Source of the DNA: the human T2T-CHM13v2.0 reference genome, Homo sapiens | Direction: 5' to 3' (one strand) | Length of the DNA: 64,000 nt | Assembly: GCF_009914755.1 (NCBI RefSeq) | Contig: NC_060925.1 | Part shown: piece after piece, positions 16,100-29,979 of the stretch | Layout: every line of letters begins with the position of its first letter | Position numbering within the stretch: position 1 is the first letter of the stretch | Translations under genes and position numbers: made by a program | Notes under the pieces: model-generated | Databases searched by the model: none | What the model saw: the letters and a program-made list of their open reading frames with translations, nothing else | What the model was told of the DNA's origin: nothing

Positions 16100-16300
16100 T
16101 AGTGCAGTGAAAACACCATGAGCTTTGGAGTCTGAAGACCTAGATGTGTGCTCAGTGTCCACTGCTTGATGAAGCAGAGGTGTGGGCAGGTCCCTAAACC
16201 TCTGAGACTCTTGCATCAGCTGTAAAATCCAGAGTTGCTGTGAAACTGAAACACGGCATATATGTTAAAACACTTTGTAAACTGTAAAGCACAAGGCAAA
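16100..16300 (+). mobile_element. MIR
   Basis: gctttggagtctgaagacc...gggcaggtccctaaacctctgag...ctgtaaaat. Confidence 0.65.
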
Positions 16301-18529
16301 TGATGCTATTTTCAATTTAAGCAAAAATAGAATAAGGGCAGATGAAGATTTCAAGACCTTTCAGATTTTTTTAAAAGTTTCCCTACCCTTCTTAACAATC
16401 TGTTTTTATTTTGGCTGATTACTTGAGGATGAGCTCAGGAGAATATTCTGAGCAAATGTTTGAGTTTGGTCTTAGTGCCTCGCCCTTTCCCTCCCTTCTG
16501 TTTCATGGCTTTTCCATGGCTGGCTTTTATCATACAGAAGGCTGGCTGACTGAATTTCTTAGGAACATTTTTATATCTTGTCTAATGGATGGTCAGGGTT
16601 TCATATTGCTGCTTCTTTTTAAAAGTTAATCAAAGAATTACAGGCAGGTTTTTTCCTTGTGTTGTAAATATGAATTAGTCTAATTATAGTTTTCAAAAGA
16701 AAGCATTTTCACACCTGAATTTCATGAACATATGATGGAGAAATGACAGGGCTTATTCATTGGATGGTTTTCTGAAGGAAAAAAGCCCCACTGCAAATAC
16801 AAATAAAACAGTGTCTTGCTGTATTCCTAGGGAGGGAGTATAGAATTGTGTAGTCTCTGTGCCAGAAAGCCACATGGAGTATATCATTGCAAAGTCTCAT
16901 AGTCATGAGGAAACTGGGGGGTCATCCAGTCCAATTCAGTCATCATTTAGAATACACAGGAAACATGATTTAATCTGCAATATAACTGCGTTCAACATCA
17001 TGCCTAATTTCATCTCCTTATCTGAACCATAGTTTGCACTTAATAAATGTTAGTTAAGTAAAATTAATAATTATCCCACTATTATTTCCCCCAATAAAAA
17101 AACCTGCTAATAATATCAGTCTCTTTTCTGGTTAATTCTATTCACTTCATGCTTTTATTTGCTTTTTCCCTTTGTGGAATGTGGATCCTCTCTTGCCAGT
17201 TATATAAAGATTGCTTCTCCTTCAGACGTTAGCTCAAGGCTCATCTCCACCAACAGGCACCATTTCATATTGATCACTTGCTTTCATCTTATCTGAACTC
17301 AATTCAATTTAACATTTAATCGTTTCAACATGCACATGTATATTTCCTCAAATATTATATACAATACTTTCATTATTAAATAAGATGTAGTATGACATAA
17401 TTGCTACCTATCTTACATTGTTCACTATTGTTTTGATCAGTTATTTTGTGTTGTTGGTCTAGGTAACATTTGGGGGAAAAAGAACTGTCTCTTTTTATTT
17501 TCTGATGCTGCACAGTGCCCAGTGGAGAGAGGAGCATAGGATAGATGTGAAATATTTTGCTTGACTGACTAAGAAGAATGTATAAGTATTTCTTGGGTAA
17601 ACTGCTTACACTTATTTTATTGAAAATATGTCATAATGATATTAATAATTTAAGTCACTTTACCCTAATACAATTATTTCTATTTTTGCAAATTATCTTC
17701 CAAACCTTTTTCACACCATACGTATTTTATATAATTGTTTTCAGAATATACTTACTATTTTGTATTCGGAATTTTAATTTGTATTTACCATAATCATTTC
17801 AGTAATTTTACATAATTCTCGTGGCTATCATTGTTAACTGCATAATGAGGTACAGCACAATATTCCCTTGTTTATTAAGCTATTCACTTATTATTAAACT
17901 TTTAGCTTTTCCCCATTTATTTCTTTCATAGGTTACACTGCAGTGAAGACCTTCATAATAAAGGTTTTTTGTTGTTGTTTTACTTGAATTATTTCATTCA
18001 GACATATTCTAGGAGTGAACTGACTTGGTTAAAAGACTCATTGAATTTTCTCACTACATTTTACATATAGTTTCACAAAGTGCTTCTGCAACCATTTACG
18101 ACGTGCTCAGAAGGGCCTGGGGTACTCTCACATGAGCTCTTAGTGACCTGATCAAAACTGCACCCCTTGGTTTCACACATAAGAAAGCATCTCCATCATT
18201 TTTTTCCTCCTAACATGTATTGAGCAATTGTTCTGTGCCAGGCAACATACTAAGTGCTTTGAATGCTTATCTACTCTGAATCAATTATTCTACCTTTACA
18301 GATAAGAGTAGTTCCAAGTGCGAAATTACCTGCTTAAAGTCAATTGTGTAGTAAAATACAGAACCAAGAGTCCCAATCCGTGTCTATCTCATATGCACAT
18401 AATTGTTGATCTACCTTTTGTCTCCCAGTCCTCATTCATTATGTAAAAAAGTACTTCCCAAAGTATAGCACTTGTAACACTGATGGGAAACAAAATAATT
18501 TATATGATGCACAGTCATGTATTCATTTT

Positions 18530-18690
18530 AATGAGTATATTGAAACAATAACATTTTGGATACATTAAATTAAATACCTTGTTAAAATTAATTTCACCTG
18601 TTACTTTTTTTGATGTGGCTAGTTAGAAAATTTAAACTTACATATGGGGCCTTGTATCCAAAGCTCACATTACAGCTATATTACAAAGTG
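18530..18690 (-). mobile_element. MER33-like hAT-Charlie fragment
   Basis: ttaaaattaatttcacctgtt...atgtggctagttagaaaatttaaacttacatatg. Confidence 0.7.
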
Positions 18691-20598
18691 TTGACTTAAA
18701 AGACAGTTGAGATCCAATATATGGTTTTGGACTATGGAGCAGATTTCTTTCCTAGAAGACTTCATTCAAAATGGTCAAAATCAACTCTGAGATATTGTCT
18801 TTTTTCACACCATAACTCCATAACTCCAGCCTGTATTAGGAACTGTCCAAAAAAGTATTGATGTTCCCTACCAAAAAAAGATAACCAAAGGGTCACCAAT
18901 GTGGTGAATGATTTACTGATGGTACGCATTAATCTTTCTTGGCACTCCAGGGCCCATAAGAAACAACTGGATTCCAGCCCCATTTTTAAGAAGTTAAAGG
19001 ATAATAAAAAAAATTGTACACATGAATATATATATTCATTTGCATATAGGTAAGCCAATATAATTTTTATATATGCAATTTTACAGTCGCTTACCATATG
19101 TGATGTAATGATGTCTATAAATATAAAAATTCAAATTCAGCCATAATACAGAATAGACAGTATCTTCAATGAAACATAATCATATTTTTGCATATTTTTT
19201 CTATATGCCACTTGGCATGAGATATGATTTGTAACAACTACTTAACATAATCCCTCAGGATCTGAATTCATAAGAATTTAAAATCTGCTTTAAAGGTCTG
19301 AAACTACATTGAGTTTGTTTTGCTTGGGGGAGGGCAGATTTTAAGCATACCACTGTTATGCTCAAGCATTATTTTATTTTATGTTCATTCAAAGCTATAT
19401 TAAACAGTATGGAATTAACCTCTTTTGTTTCTCCAGCAGCAGTAAACAATTCCACAGAAACTCAATTTTCTTTCAGTTCATAAATGTACTATATTCCCCA
19501 CTGTGTCAAATTACCTTCTCTTCCTTTCCAGTAAGCTGATGACAGATAAAGATTCTGCTACCCATGTCTGTTTCATGCAACAATAGCAGTTGACGCAGAT
19601 CTGTAACAGCTCACCTGGGCAGTTCTGTTAGTGTGTGTGTGTGGTGGGGGAACATAGCAGAGAGTTAAGTAATATTTTTAATGGTATTGTAACCATGTCC
19701 ACTCAGAAGGTAATTTAATCTCCACAATGTTAGACCTCCCACACAACAAATTGTTCCCTTTCAGTGTGGCACAGTAGAGAGAAAAGAGCACGACACCAGC
19801 TGGCAGTTGCTGCTATGGAATACTACCTACAAATATAGATCGGAAGTTGTGGGTCATCACTCATATCTCAGAAGGACTTTTTTAGGATGGCTACTGAACA
19901 GATGTAAGGGCACTTTTAATTAAATATAGACCCAAAAAATCTGTCTCAAAATAAAGTTTGTTGTGACACATTCTCTCCAGAGACCTGGAAATTCGTAGCT
20001 AAAATTAACTTTAGAACAAAAGGGTTTAGAGTCAAGGATGATGTTCCAAAGGGCTACAGAATGCCAGCATGTTGGGTTATAGCTCTGTAGACAAAAACTA
20101 TTTCTGTAAAGCTCTCTGTATATGTGTTTATATTTAAAGGTACTCGAAAGGAGAAAGTCAGACTTCAAATTCTTCCCAAGTTATTAGCATATAAGCTACT
20201 AGGACAAAATGAAATCTTCCACATTTTATTTCTAGACTGAAATGATGCAGAATTAACTCATCTATTAGGGATGTAGGATGTTCTCTGCTTTTTATGTTTT
20301 CTTCTGAAAAATGTATAAGAAATTATATGAAATACTTCTAAAATATCCATTTCAAGATGTTTCAGTTCATTTCGTTCACAAAAGCTGCAGACCTTTAAAT
20401 TTCTGGTCATTTAAAATCCTATTTTAGTATTCCAAGAAGCCTGGGTTTCTCAGTCAGAGTTACTGTACAAAATCTTGATTAAATATTTATAAATTTCTTA
20501 AAATGTATATTACTTGCTTGATCTATTGAATAAGCATATATTCATTAGTCATTTTGTACAAAGTGCTGCTACAAAGGAACAATGTCTTTTATCTGTTC

Positions 20599-20626
20599 GT
20601 GTGTGTGTGTGTGTGTGTGTGTGTGT
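20599..20626. repeat. (GT)14 microsatellite
   Basis: Read directly. Confidence 0.97.
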
Positions 20627-21218
20627 TTCTCTAGCACACTATGGGTGCATAATAAATGTTTAATGACATCAAGCCATGTGATAAATCAGTACTGTCCTAC
20701 AGATATAACAGGCAAAGGGGCTGAATCCTGGACTTAGGCTTGGCCATTTTAAACCCATGCCTGCCCCAAAGAAGAAGTACAGATCTCAATGTTTGCCTGA
20801 AATTGATTTTTTTTTAAATACAAGACCCTGAGAAATATAGATAGGAATTAGAAACATGCAGATTTGAAACTCCTCGATGAAGGGCACTGAATCTTCTGAA
20901 TGTCTGACACCAGCATGCTTGGTTCATGTCAAATAAGTAGTAAATAATTCTGGAGTGAATTATTATCATTATGGCCTAAAAAACTTCATTTGTAACTAAG
21001 ATCAGATTTACCCTCAGGAGAAAGTTTTCCTGTGTGACTCTTAAATCCTGGAATACCTTTATGCCTGTGGATCCCTGTTGCATCTTGGCAAGCCTGGAAT
21101 GTCACAACAATTTTTCTCATTTGTAAACAGGCAATTTTACCACAAAATAAATAAATAAATAAATACATGGCAAATACGTGAGCCATCCAAATTTCCCCTA
21201 GTCCTTAGTCTACTGTAG

Positions 21219-21587
<369 letters not shown>

Positions 21588-21899
21588 CTAAAAACTTTAA
21601 ACAAGGATGGCTGAAACATCGATCCAACACATAATAGGAACCCCTTTCTTCTATCTTCATGTCCCCATTATCTCCAGGATTCTTAGAGGATTTTCTTACA
21701 TCCTTATTACCTCTGGTTCCAATGTCTTAGGTCTCCTGTCTTCCTTCTGTTTCTCCCCTCTTCCTTCTTTTCCTTCTCCCCCAACATGAATCTAAATGTG
21801 TGCAATAAAGATGATTCTCAGGTGTGCAAAAATACCACATTTGTTTATTTTCTTTACCTAAAAAAAAAAAACATTGGTGGCAGAATTATTTAGTACAAG

Positions 21900-22335
21900 T
21901 TTCTCATTTCACCTTGCATAATGATCTTGTGTGGTAAGCACTGTTGCTTTCCTCATTTTACAGATAGGGAAACTGAGAAGGAGAGAAGTTGACTAACTTA
22001 TGTAAAGTTTCACAGCCAGTACCTAAAGTGCTAGAAGTTGAACTTGACTTCTAAGTTGACTGTGATTCACTGCCTCCTTCATTAGAGCCACCATGAAGTA
22101 ACATACTAACAGTGAGCACTCACTGAGTACTGCCTATGTAACAGCATTCTTCTGAGTCCTTTAAGTGCATTATTTCACTTACTCTTCATATCAGGAACAT
22201 GAGACTTGCACTGTTGTTATCCCAATGTGACAGATAAAGAAACTGAGTCTCAAGGGGACTCAGTTGTTTATAATCAGACACCTAGTAAATAATGGAGTCA
22301 GGATTCCATTCCAGGCAGTCCAACACTAAGACCTT
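21900..22335 (-). mobile_element. Two tandem MIRs
   Basis: attttacagatagggaaactgag and acagataaagaaactgag cores. Confidence 0.7.
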
Positions 22336-23867
22336 GTCTTTATTTTGTAAACAGTTTTATTGAAATGTAATTGACATACAATAAACTGCACATATTTGAA
22401 ATGTACAATTTGATATGTTTTGACTTATGTATACATCCGTGAAGCCATCACCACAAGCTAAGTAGTGAACATATCCATTATGCCCAGAAGTTTCTTCGTG
22501 CCCCAGATCAACTTTGGTTTTACAGATTAGTTTGCATATTCTAGAGTTTTATATAAATGGAATTATATAATATGACTCTTTTATCACTTCTTTTATTCAA
22601 CATAATTATTTTGAGATTCATTCATGTCATATTTCATTCCACTTTATTGATGTGTATTATTCCATTATTTATCTATTCACCTATTGATGGACACTTGGGT
22701 TGTGACCAGTTTTTGGCTATTACAAGTAATGCTGTTATGAACATTCATGTACAAATGTTTTATGGGCATATGTTTTCTTTGAGGTAAATACCCAGTAGTA
22801 GAATGGCCGAATCATATGGTAAACATAAGTTTAACTCTTTAAGAAACTGTCAAACTGTTATCTGACTTAGTTATAATACGTTACATTCGCACTCACAGTG
22901 TATGAGAGTTCCAGTTCCTCCACATCCTTCACCAAATTTGGTGAGGGTCAGTCTTTTTAATTTTAGACACTTTAGTAGGTGTGTAATGGTATCTCATTGG
23001 GATTTTAATTGGCACTTTACTAATAACTAATTGCATTGAACATCTTTCATTTGCTTATTTGCCATATATCTTTCTTGGTGAAGTGTCAGTTCAAAACTTT
23101 TGCTCATTTTAAAAATTGGGCTGATTATTTTCCTATTATTGAGTTCAGAAAGGTCTTTATGTATTCTGGATGCATATTCTTTGTCACATGTATGCTTTGC
23201 AAATATTTTATTTCAATATGTGGATCTCCCAATTTATCTTTTCCTTCTCTTAACATTGTCTTTTGAAGAGTAGAAGTTGATCTAGGTGTGTTCTTTATGG
23301 ATCATCCTGTTGGTGCCACATCTAAGAAACCTTTTCCTAATCTAAGGTCACCAAGACTTTCTGCTATGTTTTCTTGTAAAAATGTACAGTTTTAGGTTTC
23401 ATATTTAAGCCTATGATCAGTTTTGAATTAATTTTTGTAAGCGATGAAGGTATGAATAGTTCAGTTATTATATGAATATCTAATTGTTTTAACAGCATTT
23501 ATGGAAAAGACTATCATTTTTCCACTGAAGTGTCTTTGCATTTTTGTCAAAAATCAGTTGTGTATATATGCGTGGCCTATTTCTGGATGCTATATTCCGT
23601 TCTCCAATCTATCTTTATACCAGTATCACACTGTTTTAATTACTGTAGCTTTATAAGTCTTGAAATCAGGTAGTGTTAATCTTTCAGCTTTGTTCTTTGT
23701 AAAAATTGTTCTGGCTATTCTAAGCCCTTTACATTTCCATGTAAATTTTAGAATGAGCTTGTCAATTTCTTAAAAAAAAAAAAAAAAAAGCTGCTGAGCT
23801 TTTCTCCAAAGGAGAGGATTACTTGAGAGTGCGTTGAATCCATTGATAAGTTTAGGGAGAATTGTCA

Positions 23868-24230
23868 TTTTTTTTTGAAAATTTTTTTCAATTTTTGTCT
23901 CCATAGGTTTTAGGGGAACAGGTGGTACTTGGTTACATGAGTAAGTTCTTTAGTGGTGATTTGTGAGATTTTGGTGCACCCCTCACCCAAGCAGTATATA
24001 TACACTGAACCCAATTTGTAGTCTTTTATCCCTCACCCCCCTTTCATACTTTCCACCGAGTCCCCAAAGTCCATTGTATCATTCTTAGGCCTTTCCATCC
24101 TCTAGCTTAGCTCCCACTTATGACTGAGAACACAAAATATTTGGTTTTCCATTCCTGAGTCACTTCACTTAGAATAATAGTCTCCAATCCCATCCAGTTT
24201 GCTGCTAATGCCATTAATTCATTCCTTTTT
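23868..24230 (-). mobile_element. L1PB-like 3' fragment nested in the L1M
   Basis: ggggaacaggtggtacttggttacatgagtaagttctttagtggtgatttgtgagattttggtgcaccc. Confidence 0.85.
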
Positions 24231-25334
24231 ACAATATTGAGTCTTCTGGCCCATGGACAAGGTATATTTCTTCAATTATTTAGATTTTCTTTAATTTGCC
24301 TCAGCAATTTTATTTATTTCTGTATAGGTTTTGCACATATTTTGTCAAATTTAATCGTAAGTATTTTATTTTTATGCTAGTATAAATGCTATTGGCTTTT
24401 ATTATAATTTTCAACAGTTTGTTACCACTATTTAGAAATACAATTGATTTTTGTATATTGATCTTATATACTGCAACCTTGCTAAATTGACTTATTATTT
24501 CTAATAGCTTATTTTAAATTCTTTCAGTTTTTTACACAGACAGTCAGAAGTGGTGAGAATGAGCATCTTTTCTTGCTCCTTACATTAAAAAGAAAGCATT
24601 CAGTCTTTGACCATTAAGTGAAATGTTAAATATAGGTGTTCGTTTATCATTCTGAGGAAGTTTCCTTCCATGCCTAGTTTCCTGAGAGTTGTTATCAGAA
24701 ATGGATGTTGAGTTTTGCTAAATGTTTTTTGTGTGTCTTTTGAGCTGATCTTGTGGTTTTTCTTTCTTAGTTTGTTAATATGGTGAATTACATTAATTCA
24801 TTGTTGAATGTTAAAACAACCCTGCATTTCTGGAATATACACACTTTACTTAGTCATCATGTATTATCCTTTTTATATATTGTTGAATTCATTTTGCTAA
24901 ATTTTTGTTTAGAATTTTTACATCTATGTTTATAAGGGTTATTGGCCTATACATGATAGATTCTATAGCTAGTAAAAGGAAAATTAGGAAATATTGTGAA
25001 CAATTTTATGCCTTTAAACTTGACAACTTAGATAAAATAGACAAGATTTTTTGAAAGATACAAACTACCAAATCTTACTCAAAAAGAAACAGACAACTCA
25101 AAAAGCCTCATATTTATTAAATAAATTGAACTTGTAGTTAGACATCTTCCCACAGAGAAAAGTCCCAAGGCCAAATTCACTAGAATCAGTAGTGAATTCT
25201 ACGAAACATTTAAGAAAGAAATACCAATGCTACACAAACTCAGCCAGAAAACTGAAGAGGAGGGAATACTTTCTAAATCATTGTCTGATGCAAGTAACAG
25301 GCTGGTACCAAAACAAGACAAGATCTTTACAAGA

Positions 25335-25549
25335 CAAGCTGAGTATTACTTATCCAAAAAGCTTAGGACCAGAAGAGTTTCAGATTTTGGATTTTTTTTA
25401 TTTTGAAATATTTGCATTATATACTTAATGGTTCAGCATCCCTAATATGAAATCCAAAATACTCCAATGAGTATTTCCTATGAGTGTCCTGTCAGCCCTC
25501 AAAAACATTTTAGACTTTGAAGCATTTCAGATTTGAGGTGCTCAACTTG
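25335..25549 (+). mobile_element. MER46A/Tigger4a (TcMar-Tigger) MITE
   Basis: TIRs caagctgag / ctcaacttg, right flank TA, internal ggaccagaagagtttcagattttgg. Confidence 0.85.
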
Positions 25550-27193
25550 TAGTGTATCACCTCTCTCATTCCTTATGTAGATAATTTGTGTCTTCTTTTT
25601 TCTCAGATCAGTTTAGCTAGAGATTCAACTTAATTTATCTTCTCTAAAAACTATCTTTTGGTTTCATTGATTTTTTTATTATGTTTATTTTTTCTATTTC
25701 ATTGGTTTCTGCTTTGGTATTCATTAAGCATACTTTGGGCTTAATTTGCTCTTCTTAATATGCTTTTCGTTTTCTAGTTTCTTAAGATGGAAGGTGAGGA
25801 AATTGATTTGAGGCTTTCTTCTTCTGTAATAATATTGGAATTTAGTGCTATAAATTTCCTCCCTAAGTACTGTTTTAGTACTGTTTCAAAAATTTTGATT
25901 TATTTTGTCAGTTCAAAAATCTCAAAAGGGAAACTTTTTGAGATTTAATTTGACCTGTGGTTTATTTAGATGTATATATTTATTTACCTAATATTTGGGG
26001 ATGTTTCAGACATTTTTCTGTTATGAATTTTCAGTGTAGTTTCATTATAATCAGAGAACATACATTGTATAACTTCATTTTAAATTTATTTCAACTTATT
26101 TTATGGCTTAGTAAATGCTCTGTATATACATGAAAAGAATGCATAATCTGATGTTTTGGGGTGGAATGTTTTAAAAATGCCAATAAGATCAAGTTGGTGG
26201 ATAGTGTTGTCAAGTCTACTATAAACTTGCAAATTTTCTATCTACTTGTTCTATCAATTACTGAGAAAGGACTATGGAAACACCTCGCCATCATTTTTTT
26301 TTATTTGTCCTTCAATCAATTTTGCTTAATTCAATTTAAAGTTCTGCTTCAGGAAGAATAAACGATTAGAATTATTTTGTTCTTTTCATCAGTTAAATCC
26401 TTATTATAATTAAATAACCTACATTAACTCTGGCAATAGTCTTTGCTCTGAACCCTGCTTAGTCTGATATTGATATATCATTCCAGCTTCCTTCGGGTTA
26501 GTGTTAGCATGATCTATTTTTCTGCACCCTTTTCGTGGGCAGCATATAACTCGTCTTGTTTTTGTTTAAATATCTATCCTAATTATAGTGTTTAGATTAT
26601 TTATACTTAATGTAATTATTGATATCTTTAGACTTAAAGGTAATATCTTGCTATTTATTTTCTACTTGTCCCATTCTTATTGTTCCCTTTTCCTCTTTTT
26701 CTGCATTTGTTGGGATTAATGGAATTTTTTAAATGATTCCTTTATATCTCCTTTGTTGGCTTACTAGTCATTTTTCATTTTTTTAACTTAGAATTGCTTT
26801 AGAGTATATAATATATAACTATAATTTAACACAGTCTAAATTCAGGTGATATCATACCAGTTCAGATGAAATATAACAACCTTACAATAGTACTTCCATT
26901 TCTCCCCTCTCAGACTTTATGATTTTGTTTTCACATGTTTTACAGATATATATATATCTAATATACCTCACAATATATCATTTTTGTTTTAACAATTATC
27001 TTTCAAATAACAGATAAAAACTTACATATTTACTCACATAGCTACCATTTCTTGTTCTCTTCATTCCTTTGTGTCTAAATGCAGAATTCCGTATGTTATC
27101 CTTTTTTTTTTTTTTTTCCTAAAGGACTTCCTTTAACATTTCTTGCAGCACATGTCTGCTGGAAATGAATTCTTTCAGCTTTTGTATGTCTGA

Positions 27194-27532
<339 letters not shown>

Positions 27533-29669
27533 ACAGACTTCTATTTTGAAAGATATTTTACTGGGTAGAGAGTCCTAGATTGACGTGTTTTCTGTTTTTC
27601 TTTTATTACTTGGAAGATTTTACTCTACTGTCTTCTCACTTGGATTGTTTTCAAAAAGAAATCTGTGTGTAACATGTCCTTTATTCTTCTGTTGCTTTCA
27701 AGATAGTCTGTATTGCTCGTTTGGGGCATGTTTGTTTAAGATGTGCTTGGTGTAATTTTATTTATTTATTTTTATTCTTGAGGTTCATGACACTCCTTGG
27801 ATTTGGTAAAGTCAGAAAAGTTTTGGTAATTATTTATTCAAATATTTATTTGGCCCACCCATCTCTCTCTCTTCTCCTTTGACTATTCCAGTTACACATG
27901 TCTTAGGTGACTTTACATTGGCATGCAATTCACTGAAGCTTTTTGCATTTTTAAAAATTTTTTTTATCTTCTCTATGTTTCATTTTAAACCATTTCTATT
28001 GCTGTGTCTTTCACTTCACTAATCATTTCTTCTAATTTCATTCAGTGTATCTTTTTTTACAGAAATGTACTTTTTGGCTCTAGAAGTTCAATTTGGGTCT
28101 TTTAAAAATATATATCTATATATTCTATTACTTTAGTTAATGTTTGAACATATAGAATACAATTATAATAATTGTATATAACTGTTTTAATGTCCTGTCT
28201 GCTAATTCCAATATATGTGTCAGTTTGGAGTTGATTTCAGTTGATTATTTGTGTCATTTTTCTGCTCCTTTGCATGACTGGCAATCTTTGATTCTATAAT
28301 AGGTATTGTGAATTTTATCTGGTTGAGTGTTGAGCCTTTTTGTATTTTTATGAATATTCTTTAGGGTTTTTTTTTCTGTGATTTATTAAGTTATTTGGAA
28401 ACTGTTAGTCCTTTCGGATCTTGCTTTTCTGACTCGTTCACAGTAGTCTAGGGTTAATTATTCCTCATTATTGAAGCAAGACTTTCCTGATTATCTACTC
28501 AATGCCCTGTGAATTAGAGATTTTCTAGTCTGACTAGTGAGCACCGGCACTATTCCTAGCCTTGTGTGAATACTGGGTGCTTTTCTCTAATACTTTTGGA
28601 GGTTTTTTCCCTGCCTTCATGTAGTTTCTTCATACACATACACTAACAAGTACTCTGCTAAATCGTTCAGGGGGACCATGTACAGATCTTCAGTGTTCTT
28701 TGTGCAATTCTTTTCTCTCCAGTACTTAGCCTTGACTCTAGCATCCTCAGTCCCCTGAACTCACCTCAACTCCTTTGATCCGGGAGTCTAGTAGCTCAGC
28801 CTGCGTTCCTCCTTTCTACACTCTGGCAAGCTAAGGCAGTCATTGGACTCATCTCATTTGTTTTCTGCCTCTCAGAGGCAATTGTCCCTCCTTACCTGAT
28901 GTCTTAAAAACGTTTCGTATATTTTGTTTTGACTTGTTGTTGCTGTTGTTTCAGGTGGGAGGTTAAATACAGGTCTTGTTACTCCAACTTGGTTGTAAGT
29001 AGAAGTTCTTCTGGAATCCTTCTTCTTAATTAATATTTTTTCCAGTGATTACTGACATGATCTACAGGGTACTATTGATCAGCTATTTTTAAATGGCAGA
29101 TTCATTGGCTAAAGTGCCCTTATTGGATATGAAAGTTATATATTATTATGTTTTAGTCAAGAATGTTGACTTATCTTTTGATTCTGACCCAAAAAGGGAT
29201 TACAACCCACAATGAAACCCACTTTAGTGCCTCCACCTTCAGGTCATAGATTGATCATTTGACTGATAATTGATAATAAGCAGGATTTTTAGCTACCCCA
29301 AGAGGAAGTAAATATGAAGTTCACCATGTCAGACATCAGACCAGCTCAGAATCATAGTCTTCTTGGTATTCACACTTTTTTGCTCTTTTAACTGTTTTTC
29401 CTGTGCTTTAAATTCTTGTGCCTAACCACCTCATTCTTTCTGTTTACCTCTTCCTCATTTTGGAGAAAGACAGAGAGTAGGTGACTAGTCAGGACATTTA
29501 ATTATTAATCAGTTGCTTCTAGCTCATATCTGCCTAGAAAACAATAATAGTAATGATAGTAATTTGCCAACATTTATTGAGCACTTATATTGTGTTAGGA
29601 ACTCCTATAAGCACTTTACTCTTATTGACTTATTTAATCATCAAAACATATAATAATATTGCTATTGTA

Positions 29670-29979
<310 letters not shown>

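Noticed and set aside
25192-25428. 78-aa ORF with L1 ORF2-like residues
   Set aside because: Decayed, frameshifted L1 fragment running into a MITE.
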